DNA of 63,989 bases, filler included, from an uncultured bacterium (GTDB lineage: Bacteria > Latescibacterota > UBA2968), in the NCBI GenBank assembly GCA_964471275.1. It is 7 parts of 7 records of this genome, joined end to end, with 100 filler letters (N's around TTAATTAATTAA, not from the genome) between each part and the next. Parts side by side here need not be neighbours in the genome. Positions count along the whole stretch, not along the records: positions 37,042 to 46,043 come from CAYYGZ010000192.1; positions 46,144 to 55,115 come from CAYYGZ010000193.1; 5 more parts are not named here. The stretch is one strand, 5' to 3'. The notes under the pieces were generated by a model that ran no database searches, was not told the DNA's origin, and saw only the letters and a list, made by a program, of their open reading frames with translations. Below are positions 40,081 through 49,353 of the stretch, one piece after another. A program made the position numbers and the translations under genes. The stretch's first letter is position 1; the number at the start of each line of letters is the position of its first letter.

Positions 40081-41232
40081 CTATTCGCCTTCACGGATCT
40101 CCCATCCATCCTTGAAGAGTGGCAGATAGTTGCCTGGTTCGTAAGGATGCTTCTGGATCTCCTCGATGTTGAGGTCGATTCCAAGGCCCGGCTCGTGACA
40201 CACGGCGATATAACCATCCACGACTTCGTAGTGATGGCCGGTCAGCAGGTCTTTCTCCCAGTCGACGTTGAACTCGTCGAATATTTCCTGGATGAAGTGG
40301 TTCGGTGTGCAGGCCGCGATCTGCATACAGATGGCGGTGCAGATCGGTCCCTGCGCGTTGTGCGGGGCGACGACGCCGTAGTGTGCGTCGACCATGTCAC
40401 AGATGTTTCGGCAGGCCCACAGACCGCCGCAGGCGAGAGGCTCGGGCTGCAGGATGTGTACCACGTCGTGCTTGAGGAGTTCCGCGAACTCATACTTGGT
40501 GTGGAGGCTCTCCCCGGTGGCGATCGGGACGGGGGATGCTTTTGCCACCTCAATGAGGGCATCGATTTTGTGATGCGGTGTGGGCTCCTCAAACCAGGTC
40601 GGATTGTAGGGTTCCATCTTTCGCGCGAACTTCAGCGCCGTGGAGGTGCTGAACCGACAGTGCCCCTCGATTAGAATGTCGGCGCTGGGCCCGACTGCGT
40701 CACGGACCGCTGCAATGATGTCGATCGTGAGCGATTCGTCATCGTTGTCAACGATCTGATAGGCGGACCCGAAGGGATCGAACTTGAGTGCTTTGTATCC
40801 TCGATCGGCAACGATTTTGGCTTTCTCATGGAAGTTTTCGGGGGTACGCGGACCCCGATACCAGCCGTTGGCGTATGCCTTAACCTTCTCGCGAACCTGG
40901 CCACCCATCAGCTTCCAGATCGGCACGCTCAGGCTTTTCCCGATGATGTCCCAACAAGCCACTTCGATCGCAGATATGGCATGCTTGTGTACCTGGCCGC
41001 CATCACTGTAGACATCGCGAAACATCTTCTGCGTAATCCGCTCGATCTGGAACGGATCCATCCCCTCGTACTGGGTAGCAAGCTCGATCACGGCCGCTTC
41101 GACCGTCTTCCCGAAGGCATTGATCGTTCCTTCACCGATTCCCGTGACACCCTCGTCCGTGTGAACTTTGGTGAAGAGCCAGTTCTTCCAGGGGTTTCCC
41201 GCTATGAATGTTTCGACTTTTGTAATCTTCAT
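40081..41232 (-). CDS. mandelate racemase/enolase-superfamily acid-sugar dehydratase (DgoD-like)
   Basis: TDEGVTGIGE, WDIIGK, AYANGWY, LKFDPFG, WFEEP, ATGE and APHN. Confidence 0.92.
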   Translation of the reverse strand: MKITKVETFIAGNPWKNWLFTKVHTDEGVTGIGEGTINAFGKTVEAAVIELATQYEGMDPFQIERITQKMFRDVYSDGGQVHKHAISAIEVACWDIIGKSLSVPIWKLMGGQVREKVKAYANGWYRGPRTPENFHEKAKIVADRGYKALKFDPFGSAYQIVDNDDESLTIDIIAAVRDAVGPSADILIEGHCRFSTSTALKFARKMEPYNPTWFEEPTPHHKIDALIEVAKASPVPIATGESLHTKYEFAELLKHDVVHILQPEPLACGGLWACRNICDMVDAHYGVVAPHNAQGPICTAICMQIAACTPNHFIQEIFDEFNVDWEKDLLTGHHYEVVDGYIAVCHEPGLGIDLNIEEIQKHPYEPGNYLPLFKDGWEIREGE

Positions 41233-41529
41233 CGATTTCTCCAAACCTCTGTCAGGATTGCGTCCAGATGACGATTAAGTTATCGGCCCGGGTTAGGCAG
41301 TCAAGGAGTATCTCGGTGTTGACGGTCTGGGTCAGGACGAGGGAGCTCCAAAGATACGAAAGGGTAGGCGCGGATCGAGGCCGTGTGCATGTCTGCGTGT
41401 GTCTGCCGGTGTCTCCTCAGGTGTTCCCTGTTCTCCGCGGCTTCTTTTACTTGTCCGAAGATGAGCGTATGGCTAGGTTGGTCGACACGGAATGTCAGGA
41501 CCCGATTTGCCAAGAGGAAATCAGAAGAT

Positions 41530-42103
41530 GTGATTTTCGGGATCGATCTGGCGGGCTCCCCGAAGCGCCCGACGGGTGTGTGTGCTGTGCGGCAATCTGG
41601 TCGAAACGCTCAGTGTCCTCTTTGATGAGGAAATTCTTGAGATCGCGCAAGAGACACGACCCGTTCTCTGCCCCATTGATGCACCCCTGAGTTTGCCACC
41701 GGGACAGAGGACACTGGAAGACTGGAATGGTGAGCACTTGTGACCGTGTGACAGGGAACTGCAGAAGATTGGGATACGGTTCTTCCCAATCACGCTTGGC
41801 CCGATGCGGATGCTGGCCAAGCGCGGTCTGGCGCTCAGTGAGAAGTTGCTTGAATTTGGAACCCCATCCGTTGAGACCTGCCCTGGTGGGGCGCAGGATG
41901 TGTGGGATATCCCTCGGAAGCAGCACGACCTTGAGGGGCTGCGAAACGGTCTACGCGGTCTGGGAATCGCGGGGGTGAGGGATGATGCGAATGATCACGA
42001 ATTGGACGCCGTATCGTGCGCCGTCGCGGCACAACAGTTTCTCGCCGGTAAAGGTATGATGCTGGGAGAGGAAACCAGCATCCTGATGCCATCGTCACAG
42101 TAA
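41530..42103 (+). pseudogene. DUF429 (RNase H-like) protein, disrupted
   Basis: GIDLAGSPKRPTG, a frameshift near 41620, IDAPLSLP, HL*PCDREL (TGA at 41741), MRMLAKRG and HELDAV. Confidence 0.8.
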
Positions 42104-42159
42104 GTAGACATACGCTGTGCCCCGACCGAAACAATCCTCTATATGACCGTGTCTTAGAA

Positions 42160-43116
42160 ATGCGTGTTGACCTGACCGACGAGCAGATTCTGGCAGCGAT
42201 GACCATCGCGGACTACGTCAGGAGCTGCGATGAGGCGTTTAGGCTCTACGCATCGGGTGAGTTGACCAATCTGCCTTGCGTGGAATCGCTGATTCCGGGA
42301 TCGGATGGGGATACCTTGCGGCTTGAGCTGGCCGGTGAGTGGGCAGGAAGGCTCCGTGGTAGAAAGATTATCGTCGAGCATTCCGATGCAGCTGCAGGCC
42401 GGCTCGGGGAACGATCCGCGGTTCTGGAAGTTCAACTGGAGAACGGAAAGTCGTTTCGACTGGACGCAGAGTCGGTTACCAACCACCGTACAGGGGCAGC
42501 GGCGGCTCTGGGGGCACGTTACCTGGCGAAGTCGACGTGCGATGTTGTGGCGATCGTGGGTACGGGTCGAATCGCGTTTAGTGCAGCCCAGGCCGTGGAT
42601 CGGGTGATTTCGCCGGCGGTGGTCAGGGCGACGAGCCGATCGGCCGAGAACCGTGACGCGTTTCGTGATCGTGCTGAACCGGTATTGAACGCAAAACTTG
42701 AAACGGTCGCGAGCATTCCAGACACCGTTTCAGAGGCGGACGTGGTCATCGTCGCGGTACCGACACCCGAACCGGTGCTTGCGAATACGATGCTGAAGCA
42801 CGATACCCACGTCTCTGTTCTCGCGGGAGACCCCCGGACGGTCCAGCTTGATTCGGACATCCTGCTGGGTAGACCCGTTGTGGTGGACCACTTCGCACAA
42901 TCGCTGGCTTCGGGTGATTTTGTCCGTTATTCGGATCAGGTGTCCGATGTCCAGTTTGTCGAACTCGACTCCAGGCCTGCCACAGTCGGAGACGCCGCCA
43001 TTGGAGCGCTGGAGAGGCATCGAGGTGTTGGTTGCGTAACCTATTTCACCGGGATGGCCATTCAGGATCTGCACGCGGCCTCAGTCGCGCTGTCGAAAGT
43101 CGGTCTCGGTACATGA
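42160..43116 (+). CDS. ornithine cyclodeaminase / mu-crystallin family protein
   Basis: TNHRTGAAAALGARYLA, IVGTGRIA and TGMAIQDL. Confidence 0.85.
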   Translation: MRVDLTDEQILAAMTIADYVRSCDEAFRLYASGELTNLPCVESLIPGSDGDTLRLELAGEWAGRLRGRKIIVEHSDAAAGRLGERSAVLEVQLENGKSFRLDAESVTNHRTGAAAALGARYLAKSTCDVVAIVGTGRIAFSAAQAVDRVISPAVVRATSRSAENRDAFRDRAEPVLNAKLETVASIPDTVSEADVVIVAVPTPEPVLANTMLKHDTHVSVLAGDPRTVQLDSDILLGRPVVVDHFAQSLASGDFVRYSDQVSDVQFVELDSRPATVGDAAIGALERHRGVGCVTYFTGMAIQDLHAASVALSKVGLGT

Positions 43117-43117
43117 A

Positions 43118-45577
43118 TTGCATCAATTCTCCAGATATGTCTCGAAGCTGTTGTTCACCAGAATTCAACAAGCGAATGATGCAACTGAGCCACACGTGTT
43201 GAAACGATTCCACATACTCGGTTTGCTGGCAGCCACTCTCGTTTCGGCAGCAAGCCTGACACTGATACGATCGACTGGTGTCGTCTCACAGAAAGCGACC
43301 GTCGCCGTCGACGGATTTGTGAATACAGTCGGTGGGGCGCCGGTCGGTGGTGTCTGGGTGTCCCTGATCCGGCGCACGGGTGAGGGGATCGCCGATCCCG
43401 ACCTTGTTGCCGCTCTAGGGCCGTCGTCGACCGTGCGCAGAGTACAGTCGGATCACGACGGCCGATTCGGTCTGGATCTCCCGGCCGGGAGCTACGACGT
43501 CAGAGCCCACGAGTCAGGTTTTCAGTCGTTTATAAATCTGGAACCAATCGTCATCGATCCCAACGCCAAATTCCCGGGGATCCGGGTAAGGCTGGAACCG
43601 GTGGCATCACTCTCCGGACAGATTCTAGGTGAGGAAACGGCAGCCGGTGGCGTTGTGATCGCATATCCTGTCGGATCGGGAGAGCTTCTGCCCAAACGCG
43701 GATCCATTCTCGATCGGGGTTTTTCTGTTATCGGTCTGGAACCGGGCAGTTACAGGGTCGGGGTGATCGTGCCCGGCTATGTCCCCGCGTCTTTGCCATC
43801 AGTCTCCCTCTCCGCGGGAGATCACGTCGATGATCTGGCCCTTTCCCTTCAGCGTGGCCGAAGCATCAGCGGTCGGTTGGTCGATCCTGAGGGGGACAGA
43901 CTCCCAGGAATCGAGGTGCGTGCCCAGCTCGATTCCGGGGATACCGGTCTCGGGCAGATCTGCGTATCCAATCCCGACGGGACATTTACGATCACGGGTC
44001 TGGTACCGGGTGAGTATCGGGTCGCGATCCATGACCGTCGGTATGCGCGCTCCTCTTCGAAGTATGTGGTGGGGGATGTTGATTTTGAAGGGGCGACACT
44101 CCAACTGAAGCAACTGGGCCGCATCACGGGAGAATTGACCGGCGGATGCCCGGACGGGGCCGTTGTCTACGCGATCCCGGAAGGTTCCGATCTCACCGAG
44201 ACTGAGATCGCAGGCGATTACTGGATTCAGGGCCGTATCCTGGACATCACCTCAGGTGCATACGAGATCGAGGGTATCCCGGAGGGGGCCTACTACATTA
44301 TCATCACGGCTCCAGGCTACCTTCGGACATATTTCCCAGGCACGCCTAACTCCGAAGACGCCTCTTTGATCACAACACGCGACGGCGAGACATTTCGTGC
44401 GGAACCGTTCGTTCTTCAAGCAGGATCGACGCTTGCGGGGCAGATCGTACAACGCGGGAGCGTGGATCCGATTCCGGATGCAGCCGTGGAGATCGCATCC
44501 CTTGACCGGCGAGAGACAGTGGCGGCGATTACGGATGCTGAGGGCCGATTTATCCTTTCCGGCATCGGCGCGGGACGGTATCTCATCCGAGTAAGGGCAG
44601 GAGGCTACATTGCCCAATTCTTTCCCGGCGTCTCACGACCGGAGGAGGCAACGCCTCTGGATGTAGATGGCAAGCGAGACAAGAAGCGTATATCGCTCGT
44701 GTTGCCGATCAGAGATCCGGCCGACTTCAACGAGGATGGGTTGGTCGACGTCTCAGACCTCGATCGGTTTGTTGATCAAGTGAAAGCTGGTGGGGAGACA
44801 TCAAACAGCGTGTTTGATGCCAACCAGGATGGTTTGACTACGGTCGATGACTTCCTGTACGTCACGGATCTGGTGCGCGCGGCCGGACAGATGATCGATC
44901 CTCCGTCGATTCTCGAGTGGAAGAGCACGGATGCCGAGCCAGGGCAGATCCGGGCCTCCCTCCGTGTTGCAGAGCTCGTCCCATCCATTGGCTGCCTTGC
45001 GATACTTCATTACGATACGGATCTGGCCGATTTTGTGCGTGATGACCCGGGCGAGAGTCTGTTTAAGGATGGGCGAAGCCGGGTAGAGGAAGTCGGACCG
45101 GGTGTACTGGTGGTCGTTAACGGATCACCCGATCGTGACGAGCGGGAGGGGGATGGGGAGTTGATCTCTCTGGTGTTCCGGCCGAAGGAAGATGAGAAGA
45201 GCGTTCGTCTCCGCACGGACGCCGTCTATGCCCTCCTGGTGGGAGGGAGAATGGCCACGCCAGTACTCCCGGATCCGATTCGGCTGGCCCTGCCGCCGGA
45301 GACCTTCTATCTCAAGCAGAATGTGCCGAATCCGTTCAACCCGGAGACGACAATTTCCTACGAATTGCCGGAGGCCGTTCAGGTCAAGCTGACGATTTTC
45401 AATCTTGTGGGACAGCGTGTGCGCGCGTTGGTCGATGATTTCAAGACACCCGGTCGGTATGACGCTAGGTGGGAGGGGAAGGATGATCTGGGTAGAGACG
45501 TGGGGAGCGGCGTCTATTTCTACAGCCTCGAAGCCGGTTCATTCTCCACGACAAAACGGATGCTGTTAATCCGGTAG
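43118..45577 (+). CDS. large secreted protein: carboxypeptidase-regulatory-like repeats, dockerin-like, cohesin-like and FlgD-Ig/T9SS-like C-terminal domain
   Basis: Repeated DG.F.h.GL.PG.Y modules, paired DFNEDGLVDVSDL and DANQDGLTTVDDF Ca-loops, and QNVPNPFNPETTISYELP...GVYFY...TKRMLLIR. The true start is probably ~80 nt downstream. Confidence 0.8.
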   Translation: MHQFSRYVSKLLFTRIQQANDATEPHVLKRFHILGLLAATLVSAASLTLIRSTGVVSQKATVAVDGFVNTVGGAPVGGVWVSLIRRTGEGIADPDLVAALGPSSTVRRVQSDHDGRFGLDLPAGSYDVRAHESGFQSFINLEPIVIDPNAKFPGIRVRLEPVASLSGQILGEETAAGGVVIAYPVGSGELLPKRGSILDRGFSVIGLEPGSYRVGVIVPGYVPASLPSVSLSAGDHVDDLALSLQRGRSISGRLVDPEGDRLPGIEVRAQLDSGDTGLGQICVSNPDGTFTITGLVPGEYRVAIHDRRYARSSSKYVVGDVDFEGATLQLKQLGRITGELTGGCPDGAVVYAIPEGSDLTETEIAGDYWIQGRILDITSGAYEIEGIPEGAYYIIITAPGYLRTYFPGTPNSEDASLITTRDGETFRAEPFVLQAGSTLAGQIVQRGSVDPIPDAAVEIASLDRRETVAAITDAEGRFILSGIGAGRYLIRVRAGGYIAQFFPGVSRPEEATPLDVDGKRDKKRISLVLPIRDPADFNEDGLVDVSDLDRFVDQVKAGGETSNSVFDANQDGLTTVDDFLYVTDLVRAAGQMIDPPSILEWKSTDAEPGQIRASLRVAELVPSIGCLAILHYDTDLADFVRDDPGESLFKDGRSRVEEVGPGVLVVVNGSPDRDEREGDGELISLVFRPKEDEKSVRLRTDAVYALLVGGRMATPVLPDPIRLALPPETFYLKQNVPNPFNPETTISYELPEAVQVKLTIFNLVGQRVRALVDDFKTPGRYDARWEGKDDLGRDVGSGVYFYSLEAGSFSTTKRMLLIR

Positions 45578-46043
45578 TTACGCCTCGTTTTTGGCCTCTT
45601 CCCAGAATAGATCCATCTGTCCCAGGCTGGCCTTTTCCGGTGATGAACCGGATTCCGCGAGTTTCCTCTCGATATATTGAAACCGAGTTGTGAATTTCCG
45701 GTTGGTTCTGCTCAGTGCCTCCTCCGGGCTGATACCAACGAAGCGTGCCACATTGACGAGCGAAAACAACAGGTCTCCGAGCTCCTCTCTGACTCGCTCC
45801 GGGTTATCTTTGTGGTGAAGGGTCTCGATGAATTCACCAACCTCCTCACGGGCCTTTTCGGTCACTTCGTCGAGCTTCTCCCAGTCGAAACCGACCCTTG
45901 CTGCCTTCTTTTGTAGCGTTTCTGCATGCATCAGCGCCGGCAGATGTCTGGGCACATCATCGAGCAACCCTTTTTTCGCTTCGCCCTTGTCCTCCTTCTC
46001 TTCTCCCTCCTCATCCTCCTCATCCTCTCTTCCCCTTGGCCCA
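45578..46043 (-). CDS. mazG: nucleoside triphosphate pyrophosphohydrolase, C-terminal part (contig edge)
   Basis: LPAL...LQKKAARVGFDW, EELGDLLFSLVNVARF, KFTTRFQYIE and MD.FWEEAK. Confidence 0.92.
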
Positions 46044-46143
46044 NNNNNNNNNNNNNNNNNNNNNNNNNNNNNNNNNNNNNNNNNNNNTTAATTAATTAAN
46101 NNNNNNNNNNNNNNNNNNNNNNNNNNNNNNNNNNNNNNNNNNN
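46044..46143. other. artificial contig linker
   Basis: N44-TTAATTAATTAA-N44. Confidence 0.98.
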
Positions 46144-47103
46144 GGCAACATTCTCGTCATTGGTGGTGCAGGATTCATCGGATCTCACCTCGTCGACCAG
46201 CTTTGCGAGCAGGACGTCGAGAGCATCACGATCTACGACAACTTCGTCCGAGGTAAGACGAACAACCTAGCAACCGCGCTAGAAGATCCACGCGTCCGGG
46301 TCTTCGACATCGGGGGTGATATCACGCAGCCGGACATCCTTGATGCCGCTGTCAAGAATGCCGACGCCGTGTTCCACCTGGCTGCCCTCTGGCTCCTTCA
46401 GTGCCACGACTATCCCCGCTCGGCCTTCGACGTCAACATCGGAGGCACCTTCAACGTCCTCGAAGCCTGCGCACGTCGCGGTGTCAAGAAACTCGTCTAC
46501 TCCTCTTCTGCATCCGTCTATGGTGACGCTCTCGAGACGCCGATGGGCGAAGATCACGCCTTCAACAACCGCACCTTCTACGGTGCGACCAAGATCGCCG
46601 GTGAACAGATGGTACGCGCGTTCAACGAGCGATACGGCCTGGATTACGTAGGCCTTCGCTATATGAACGTCTACGGCCAACGCCAGGACTACAAGGGCGC
46701 CTACATCGCCGTCATCATGAAGATCCTCGACCGGATCAATCAGGGGCTCCCCCCGATCGTCTACGGCGACGGCTCACAGTCCTACGACTTCGTCCACGTC
46801 GAGGACGTCGCCCGCGCCAACCTGTGTGCTATTCAAAGCGATGCGAGCGACAGCTTCTACAACGTCGGTCGAGGCATCGGAACATCGATCCGTGAGCTGT
46901 GCAAGGTGCTGCTCGACCTGACCGAATCGGATCTCGAGATCCAGTATGAGCCGGAGGGCCAGACCTTCGTGACAAACCGCATTGGCTCGACTGAGCGCGC
47001 GAAGAGCGAAATCGGCTTCGAGGCATCGATCGGATTGGACGAGGGTCTGCGAAAGGTAATCGAATGGCGGCGGCAGGATCAGGCGATGGAGATCTCGCTG
47101 TGA
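46144..47103 (+). CDS. NAD-dependent nucleotide-sugar epimerase/dehydratase (start cut by contig edge)
   Basis: The frame is open from 46144: ILVIGGAGFIGSHLVD, SSSASVYG, YGATK and LRYMNVYG. Confidence 0.93.
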   Translation, partial: GNILVIGGAGFIGSHLVDQLCEQDVESITIYDNFVRGKTNNLATALEDPRVRVFDIGGDITQPDILDAAVKNADAVFHLAALWLLQCHDYPRSAFDVNIGGTFNVLEACARRGVKKLVYSSSASVYGDALETPMGEDHAFNNRTFYGATKIAGEQMVRAFNERYGLDYVGLRYMNVYGQRQDYKGAYIAVIMKILDRINQGLPPIVYGDGSQSYDFVHVEDVARANLCAIQSDASDSFYNVGRGIGTSIRELCKVLLDLTESDLEIQYEPEGQTFVTNRIGSTERAKSEIGFEASIGLDEGLRKVIEWRRQDQAMEISL

Positions 47104-48293
47104 GCACGGTCGATACCCTTCAGCCAAACCTCCCGATAACCAAACCTAGCTTCGACGAAGCCGAAGAGCAGCTCCTGGTCGAAACACTGCGATCCGGCTG
47201 GGTCGTCCAGGGACCGAGAGTCGCCGAGTTTGAGCGTCTCGTTGCCGAGCACACAGGTGCGGCCTATGCGATTGCCACAACATCCTGCACGACGGCGCTG
47301 CACCTTTCGCTCATCGCTGCAGACGTCGGTCCGGGTGACGAGGTCATCGTTCCCGCTTTCACCTGGATCGCCACGGCCAACGTCGTCGAGTATCTCGGTG
47401 CGACACCCGTCTTCTGTGACATTGACCCATCTACGTTCAACATCGACGTGAACCAGGTGGAATCGCTCATCACCAGTGAGACAAAGGCAGTCCTCCCCGT
47501 TCACCTCTTCGGTCTATGTGCAGATATGGTGAGCCTCTCTGAGATCGCAGAAAACCACGGACTCGCAATCATCGAAGATGCCGCCTGCGCGCTCGACGCC
47601 TGGCAGAATGGCCGACACGCCGGCACCTTCGGCAACAGCGGCTGCTTCTCCTTCCACCCACGCAAGGTGATTACGACGGGTGAGGGTGGAATGGTCATCA
47701 CGAACGACGAGGAAACGGCAATGAAGTGTCGGATCCTCAGGGACCACGGAGCCGCCGCGTCGGACCTCGTCCGGCATCAGAGCAAGACGGGATACCTGCT
47801 CACAGCTTTCGAGCAGCTCGGCTTCAACTACCGGATGACCGACCTCCAGGGCGCGCTCGGAGTGTGCCAGATGGAGAAGCTGATCGACATTCAGACCACT
47901 CGGCGCGCGCTGGCCGCTCGATATGACGAAGCCCTCTCAACCATCGACTGGCTGGACACGCCGTCCGTCCCCGATGGATCGATGCACGGGTACCAGGCGT
48001 ATGTCTGCCGGATGAACGGCTTTGAAGCCGACAATCGCAATCTCGATGAACTGCACGAGGACCGGAACAAGATCATGCAATCGCTCCAGACCGAGGGTAT
48101 CAGTACACGACAGGGAACACACTCGGTCCCCGACCTGGGCCTTTACCGGCGCAAATACAATCTTGAGCCGCATCACTTCCCTGGCGCACACGCGGCCGAT
48201 CGATTGACCCTTGCGATCCCGCTCTACGCGGGGATGACGCAAACGGACCAGGATCGTGTGATCGAATCACTCCTCAGTGTGGAGAACCGTTGA
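47100..48293 (+). CDS. DegT/DnrJ/EryC1/StrS sugar aminotransferase
   Basis: SCTTALHL, IIEDAAC, SFHPRKVITTGEGG and GFNYRMTD. The GTG start overlaps the previous stop. Confidence 0.95.
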   Translation: MSTVDTLQPNLPITKPSFDEAEEQLLVETLRSGWVVQGPRVAEFERLVAEHTGAAYAIATTSCTTALHLSLIAADVGPGDEVIVPAFTWIATANVVEYLGATPVFCDIDPSTFNIDVNQVESLITSETKAVLPVHLFGLCADMVSLSEIAENHGLAIIEDAACALDAWQNGRHAGTFGNSGCFSFHPRKVITTGEGGMVITNDEETAMKCRILRDHGAAASDLVRHQSKTGYLLTAFEQLGFNYRMTDLQGALGVCQMEKLIDIQTTRRALAARYDEALSTIDWLDTPSVPDGSMHGYQAYVCRMNGFEADNRNLDELHEDRNKIMQSLQTEGISTRQGTHSVPDLGLYRRKYNLEPHHFPGAHAADRLTLAIPLYAGMTQTDQDRVIESLLSVENR

Positions 48294-49348
48294 TGAAGCC
48301 CCAATTAAGCACCTTGCTCGCCGACCCTGTCGACAAGCAAAGCCTGACCTTGGAAATCGATGAATCCACGACCGAAGAGGTCATCAGGGGATCACTGTCT
48401 TCTATAAAGGGTCGCGTCTACCCGATCACGCGGGGTATCCCAAGGTTTGTGACGACAGAAGACGAGGACCAGTTGCAGACGCGCGATGCCTTTGCCTTCA
48501 AGTGGGGCAAGCAAGACACCTACGATTCAGAGGGTTCACGCAGAATGACGACCGAGTGGCTGGTCGAGAAGTACGGATTCGACTCGCCCGAGGACTGGGC
48601 CGCCTACTACGACGGCAGGGAACGCATCCTCGACGTGGGGTGCGGCGGCGGGTTCAGCTCCTCACTCTGGCTGAGGAACGACCGCTGGTCTGGCAGTGCA
48701 GCCTGGGTCGGCGCAGACATCTCCGAAGCGATCGATGTGGCAGCTACCCGTCTGTCCGAGATCCCGAACACACACTTTGTCCAGGGTGACGCGCTCTCAC
48801 TCCCCTTCCCTGACGACGCGTTCGACACGGTCTTCTCCGAGGGCGTCCTGCACCACACGCCATCGACCAGGGACGCACTCCACGACGCTGCGCGAGTCCT
48901 CGCTGAAGGTGGAGAGATCCAATTCTACGTTTACCGCCAGAAGGGCCCCGTACGCGAGTTCACGGATGATCACATCCGGCACGCCATTTCATCGTGTTCA
49001 GAAGAGGACGCCTGGGACGCCGTGCGGTCGCTCACCGTTCTTGGCAGAGAACTGTCGGAACTCGAAGCGAACGTGACACTCGATGATCCGATTCCCCTCC
49101 TCGGAATCCCCGCGGGTACTCACGACGTTCAGCGTCTGTTCTACTGGCACTTCGCCAAGATGTATTGGAATGAGGATCTGACGTTCGAAGAGAACGTACA
49201 CATCAACTACGACTGGTATCGGCCCCACTATGCGCACCGCCAGACGGCGGAAGAGATCAAGACCTGGTGTGGAGAAGCATCACTGGTGATCGACCGTTTC
49301 CACGAGCAGGAAAGCGGCTACTCCGTCCGGGCCACGAAGAGAGGCTGA
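48290..49348 (+). CDS. class I SAM-dependent methyltransferase with Trm112-like N-terminus
   Basis: LADPVDK..L...YPITRGIPRF, ILDVGCGGG and EGVLHHTP. Confidence 0.88.
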   Translation: MMKPQLSTLLADPVDKQSLTLEIDESTTEEVIRGSLSSIKGRVYPITRGIPRFVTTEDEDQLQTRDAFAFKWGKQDTYDSEGSRRMTTEWLVEKYGFDSPEDWAAYYDGRERILDVGCGGGFSSSLWLRNDRWSGSAAWVGADISEAIDVAATRLSEIPNTHFVQGDALSLPFPDDAFDTVFSEGVLHHTPSTRDALHDAARVLAEGGEIQFYVYRQKGPVREFTDDHIRHAISSCSEEDAWDAVRSLTVLGRELSELEANVTLDDPIPLLGIPAGTHDVQRLFYWHFAKMYWNEDLTFEENVHINYDWYRPHYAHRQTAEEIKTWCGEASLVIDRFHEQESGYSVRATKRG

Positions 49349-49353
49349 CTAAC

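Noticed and set aside
8449..41743. Genome-wide UGA reassignment suggested by in-frame TGAs at 8449, 26282 and 41741
   Set aside because: Many intact genes end in TGA at the expected place. The TGAs at 8449 and 41741 align with different residues (likely Trp and Arg) in genes that also carry frameshifts.
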